Positions 59,753 to 64,000 of a stretch of DNA of 64,000 nt are shown piece by piece. Within the stretch, counting starts at the first letter, position 1, and each line of letters begins with the position of its first letter. The notes below the pieces were generated by a model. It ran no database searches and had not been told where the DNA came from. It worked only from the letters and a program-made list of their open reading frames with translations. Both the position numbers and the translations under genes were made by a program. This DNA is from a bacterium (lineage in GTDB: Bacteria; UBA8248): NCBI GenBank assembly GCA_965261085.1, contig OZ253442.1, positions 1,056,001-1,120,000 on the forward strand, read 5' to 3'.

Positions 59753-60316
59753 TTGGAAGTTGTGCAGGCAAGAATAATGGATGGCGCTGAGATGACCTTG
59801 GATCATTCCAGCAGAGCAGACTTAATGAGAGCGTCACTTTCACATAGTATTGGTGAATCACAGTTTGAACATATGCTATACGGCTCTTTCGAGGAGTTTC
59901 TGAAAAAGGCCGATGCCGTCTATTACGAGTCAGATAGCAGCGGAAACCGGAGGCACATGCGTTGGGCCAATTATAGTGCGAGAGATCATGAATACGGTCG
60001 ACCTTACGTTGTAGTGGGAACTGAATTTTTTGCCCGTTTCGTCAAGGGCATTATTGAATTTTCTCAGAACCAGACCACATGGCATCAAGAATTTGCCCGG
60101 CGGTGGCATGAGCGACGCCAATACAACATCAGGAAGCTTATGGAGGCACACATGCAACAGAACTATAAAGGAAAAATAGAGTTTCCTGAGATGATATCTA
60201 TTGATGAGGCGCAAAAGTTATTTTGTGACCCATTACCTATAAAAGGCACAAAATACGATGTCCTGCATAAACGCTATAATCTGCAGGCGAAATCTGAGGC
60301 GAATCCAGACTATTGA
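59753..60316 (+). CDS. Hypothetical protein (possibly 5'-truncated by IS1595)
   Basis: 187-aa low-GC ORF abutting the TIR. Confidence 0.5.
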   Translation: MEVVQARIMDGAEMTLDHSSRADLMRASLSHSIGESQFEHMLYGSFEEFLKKADAVYYESDSSGNRRHMRWANYSARDHEYGRPYVVVGTEFFARFVKGIIEFSQNQTTWHQEFARRWHERRQYNIRKLMEAHMQQNYKGKIEFPEMISIDEAQKLFCDPLPIKGTKYDVLHKRYNLQAKSEANPDY

Positions 60317-60395
60317 GCTTCATAACATCTCCAAGACTTGTCTACGTGTGGCGATAAGGCAGTGAAGAAACGAAGCGCGTCAGCTATTTATACCC

Positions 60396-60510
60396 GGGAA
60401 ACTGCTCGATCTTAGACGACACTGAACCACGGCGGTATACGCCCACCTCGCCGACTACCATCTGGTCGAGGCGACGGAGAAGGTCGGCTGCATCATCGCA
60501 ATTCCGATGG
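60396..60510 (+). pseudogene. Integrase 3' tail remnant
   Basis: GKLLDLRRH*TTAVYAHLADYHLVEATEKVG. Confidence 0.8.
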
Positions 60511-60611
60511 AAAACAATCGAATAATTCGGTGTCGAGCGTAATCGGAAAATGCCAAATATCTTTAATTTCTGGCAAGTCTTCCTGAGAGACTCGGTCTTA
60601 CTGTGTGGAAT

Positions 60612-60926
60612 TCAGAAAAAACTTCCTATTGCCTCGGCAATGGTCGCCAACGGAACTCCTTCCTCTATCTTCGACCTAACTTTTCTCCATACACTCGGGT
60701 TATTTCGAGCGGCCAAAAAATCATGTCCCGTGTTCGTAATTTCAAAGTAGTTGTCTTTGCCGCCTCTATATTCAACCAAACCGGCACACCGCATGACCTC
60801 AAGGTGGTGGCGTTTCTTGAGATAATCTACATCTGGATTGAGTTTCGGGGGACAAAAAATTGAAGAATCTGGTTGATCCTCGCATAGTTGGAGAAGGTGT
60901 ATGATAAACTCTGGATCGTGTTTCAT
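60612..60926 (-). CDS. DUF2513-like winged-helix protein
   Basis: MKHDPEFIIHLL, HHLEVM..AGLV, ITNTGHDFL...VWRK. Confidence 0.75.
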   Translation of the reverse strand: MKHDPEFIIHLLQLCEDQPDSSIFCPPKLNPDVDYLKKRHHLEVMRCAGLVEYRGGKDNYFEITNTGHDFLAARNNPSVWRKVRSKIEEGVPLATIAEAIGSFF

Positions 60927-61260
60927 TTCGAATCCCCTTTTGGATCACCGCACAGTTCAAGATATTAACAGCTCATATCTATGCTGTTTTCTGCAACCGT
61001 AAAATCTCCATTTGTTGTCGCCAAGCGATACCACGATAGTTGACGCCTATATCGACGACAATAGGGTAAAACAATCCCTATCGATTCTCCGAATCCGACA
61101 AGAATGAAACAGGAGTAATGGTCAGAGGACTTCAAAGAACATCTCCAGAGTCGACTATTTTTCTTTCCTGAAGAAGTACGCGATTTAATTTAGACAGCAC
61201 TCGAAGGCTTTTGACAAACGCATTCAGAGGTTACACGACCTTCGGTACTTTGCCATCGAC

Positions 61261-61492
61261 TAACGATCTTTGTCATTCGATGGCCAGTCATGCCGTCATG
61301 TCCGACGAAAATCTACCGCTGGTCGGGAAACTGCTCGGACATCGGCGGCACCGTACGACGGCGGGCTACGTCCATCTCGCCGATGAGCATCTTGTCGAGG
61401 CGGCGGAAAAGGTTGGAAAAATCATTTTGGAAAACATGAAGAAATCATCACCAATGGAAACATTCCAATTGACATTACAAAACAGAACGTGA
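61261..61492 (+). pseudogene. Integrase 3' tail remnant
   Basis: NDLCHSMASHAVMSDENLPLVGKLLGHRRHRTTAGYVHLADEHLVEAAEKVG. Confidence 0.85.
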
Positions 61493-61565
61493 AGAAAAGA
61501 AAAAAGATTTGATACAGGTCGACTTACTGACAAAAAGTTACAAAAGTACGTTTTTTCCCAAAACT

Positions 61566-63338
61566 TCATTGCGACAAATGTTCGCCATCTCGGCGTGCAA
61601 GTAGCTGCTTGTCAACATTCTCGGTCGTCACCGGAAGATCATATCGCCACTCGACCAATCTCACGCCATTCGCTTCAAGGATAGCTTTTTTCCGGGCGTC
61701 ACGCGCCTGCGTGGCCAACAAGCCGTCTTGTCCGCCAAAGAGTTCCACGGCTTGAAAATGCTGCTGACCTTGGTATTCGATGGCGATTTTCTCGGATGGC
61801 AGGTAAATATCGACAGATCGCAGACCTAAAGAGCTTGGCCGCCACTGATGGATTGCGTCTGGGTAGCGGCTCCTCACCAGATCGTAAAGTGCCACTTCTG
61901 AGACCCACCCCCTGCCGACTTCAGGTATGCCTCTCATACGACGGAAGGCGTTTTCCGCCGTGACCATCTGTGGAGCGAATGCGTTTTGCAGTGTTGAGAG
62001 AGAAAAACTGCCCAAGTCTGGATGCCAAACAAAAATACGGCCGCGTGGAGCAACCGGATGTCCATAAAGATCAAGTGCCTTGTAGTAATGCCGACGGGTG
62101 GCCGTCCAGTCGGACCTGGGTGGAGTATTCCGAACAAACTCGCTTGGATCGCTTTCGTAGATCAAATTACGATCCTCGAACCCAGGAAACCTACTCGTCA
62201 AGGGACCTGCTTCCGCCAGTTCACGATCAAGGTCCGAGATAAAGTCCTCAAATTCCTCCTCCAAGCGAGACTGGATCGGTGATCTCACTACATGCCGACG
62301 TGCCAAGTAGCGAACATCTTCTCCGCGCAGTATTGTGCCGGTCAGAAAGCGTAGATAGATCACCTCATCAAAAAGGACCTCGCGCTCGGTTCCGGGGATC
62401 GTTTCGAGCAATTCAACAGCATCAAGAAGACGATCTTCTTGGGTGCTTTGCAGAATCACCTGAAAGCGGGGGTCCGGATCCCAAGGCAGGCTTTCGGGAA
62501 TGAGAGGTCCATCTTGCGGTAATTTGATCGATGGCGAGAGCTGCCCACGACGTAAAGTCCAATGGTAGAGGCGTGCGCAAAAATTGTCGTCTGCGATACG
62601 CCGCCAAGGTGATGCGACATCATCGAATTCACGGTCTTTCATGAAACTTCCGTCCTGTTTAATCCAACCTGCGAAGCTTCCCGATTTCAGGGGAACGCCT
62701 AATCCCTCTGAGCCAGTGGACTCAACCAAACGCTCAAAAAACTGCACTCGGGCAGACGAAACACCTACTGATAAAAGAACATCGCCATTCGGTGCGGTTT
62801 GGCGATGGACAGCATCTGCATACTTGACTAGCGTGGCGGAACGTTCTCGTTTCAAAGATCCGCAGGCGAGGAAATGAACTCGGTTCGCAAGGGCGGCGGA
62901 GAAATCTGGATAAGCGAGGGGGGTAGTCGGAGCATTAGGTTTTTTTCGGCTTTTTGGAGGTGCCTCTGGACCATAAGCTTCGAGCTGATGTGCGAAGAAA
63001 TCCGAAAGCGCTTCGTAAAACGCGCGTGCCTCGCTGGCTTCTGGGTTCTTATTGGCCAGTGTGGCGTAGAACTTTGCCTTTGACCGAAGCTCCTTGCGAT
63101 AGAATTCTCGATCATAGCGGTTTCTTAGGCTGTACTCAAAAAAATCAAGCTGCTCTTTGAAATCGTCGAGTGCCGTTAAACCGGCTTTGGCCTTAGGTGG
63201 TCTGGGAAACATTTGGAACCTCATGTTGGCATTTAGCGCAATAAAGATGTCCTTCCCACCGGCTGCCAAGCTCTTCTTTAAGTGCCGAGCGCACCGCAAG
63301 AAGTGCGCAATACTCGTTGATTGGCTATAGCCTCTCAT
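61566..63338 (-). CDS. Large protein with C-terminal PD-(D/E)XK (DUF559/Vsr-like) nuclease domain
   Basis: SEVALY...SVDIYLPSEKIAIEYQGQQHF...RDARKK...NGVRLVEW. Confidence 0.72.
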   Translation of the reverse strand: MRGYSQSTSIAHFLRCARHLKKSLAAGGKDIFIALNANMRFQMFPRPPKAKAGLTALDDFKEQLDFFEYSLRNRYDREFYRKELRSKAKFYATLANKNPEASEARAFYEALSDFFAHQLEAYGPEAPPKSRKKPNAPTTPLAYPDFSAALANRVHFLACGSLKRERSATLVKYADAVHRQTAPNGDVLLSVGVSSARVQFFERLVESTGSEGLGVPLKSGSFAGWIKQDGSFMKDREFDDVASPWRRIADDNFCARLYHWTLRRGQLSPSIKLPQDGPLIPESLPWDPDPRFQVILQSTQEDRLLDAVELLETIPGTEREVLFDEVIYLRFLTGTILRGEDVRYLARRHVVRSPIQSRLEEEFEDFISDLDRELAEAGPLTSRFPGFEDRNLIYESDPSEFVRNTPPRSDWTATRRHYYKALDLYGHPVAPRGRIFVWHPDLGSFSLSTLQNAFAPQMVTAENAFRRMRGIPEVGRGWVSEVALYDLVRSRYPDAIHQWRPSSLGLRSVDIYLPSEKIAIEYQGQQHFQAVELFGGQDGLLATQARDARKKAILEANGVRLVEWRYDLPVTTENVDKQLLARRDGEHLSQ

Positions 63339-63890
63339 TATGCGTTAGGTAGCGAAGCAATACGACGCTGGAACGCCGACACCAAGAAAACATGGCGGCG
63401 CTGAAAGCTGAGCGCTAGGCGCAGAGCAAAAAGCATTGGGAAACCATGTATGCGCTGGAAGGCCAAAACAAAGCGCTTATTCAACTTATCCGCCGCATGT
63501 CCGCGCCGTCAGCACAGCAGGGTGGTGAGGGGTGACTTCGACTGTTATTTCATGATGACGCAAACTATCAGGATATCATCAGTAATATAATCCACGGGTT
63601 ACCTTCGAGCTTTTTTTACTCTTCTCTTAGGGTAGAGATTTACTCCTCAGGACACCCGACGCGGTATGCGGATGCTTCTTTGTTGTCGTGATAGTTGTGA
63701 TCTTGATGTTAGCTGGCAATTCATCAAAACCTTAAACTAGGAAATTCCGTATGTAATGACCATCCAACTCTCTGGATGTCGATTAACGGCTTATCTGTTT
63801 CGTGGCAGCGGCGCGATTGGCGAGTGCAAAATACGCTATTTCCGACTTGCTCGGAGTACATCGCGCCGGAACAGTCAAAAACCTTCGCAC

Positions 63891-64000
63891 TTACGCCAAT
63901 TGACGCGGGTGGATAGCTCGCAAGGCGTCTTCATTGTCCCGTGCCGCAAGTTCGAGCTCGTAACGATCCTGAAGATTCATCCAACTCCTTGCGTCTGTGT
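63891..64000 (-). CDS. higA: HigA-family antitoxin, 3' end (partial)
   Basis: Manual translation TDARSWMNLQDRYELELA...* matches the HigA C-terminal WxNLQxxYxL motif. Confidence 0.7.
   Translation of the reverse strand, partial: TDARSWMNLQDRYELELAARDNEDALRAIHPRQLA

Noticed and set aside
50176-64000. Classical integron
   Set aside because: Integrases are arm-domain type without the IntI insertion; no attC sites recognised

Overview
GC-rich bacterial chromosomal window with three parts. (1) 1-35 kb is mostly housekeeping and metabolic: FGE-domain protein, TlpA, thiE-thiL, CoA-transferase, a cyclase/amidohydrolase/Fe-ADH/yqeC/M20 run, amidase, a Fe3+/thiamine-type ABC transporter, two tRNA-Ser genes, cyclophilin, ffs-dnaX-ybaB-recR, a metallo-beta-lactamase-fold pair and mce. 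Interspersed are surface proteins (PPC/cadherin repeat protein, RTX protein, lipoprotein subtilase), an intact IS1182 and two MITEs with its ends. (2) 35.9-50 kb is an integrative-element backbone: two tandem tyrosine integrases, ParB, GHKL ATPase, DUF2958, strawberry-notch methylase/helicase and a truncated ssb. (3) 50-64 kb is a visibly lower-GC cargo region: a third integrase, many integrase fragments, an IS1595 with passenger genes, DUF429, an ankyrin protein, DUF2513, a PD-(D/E)XK protein and a partial HigA. Top observations: a tandem pair of probable selenoprotein genes that the ORF track splits at in-frame TGA (OsmC-like and DUF442/Blh-like, each TGA at the catalytic Cys position and followed by a SECIS-like hairpin); a duplicated ~220-bp leader with a JUMPstart/ops-like element before two secreted repeat proteins; IS1182 and a cognate MITE inserted at the same target motif; and integrase 3' tails flanking cargo genes. 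Family assignments come from motif recognition only; no searches were run. Host association (e.g. sponge symbiont) is only an inference from the repeat proteins.
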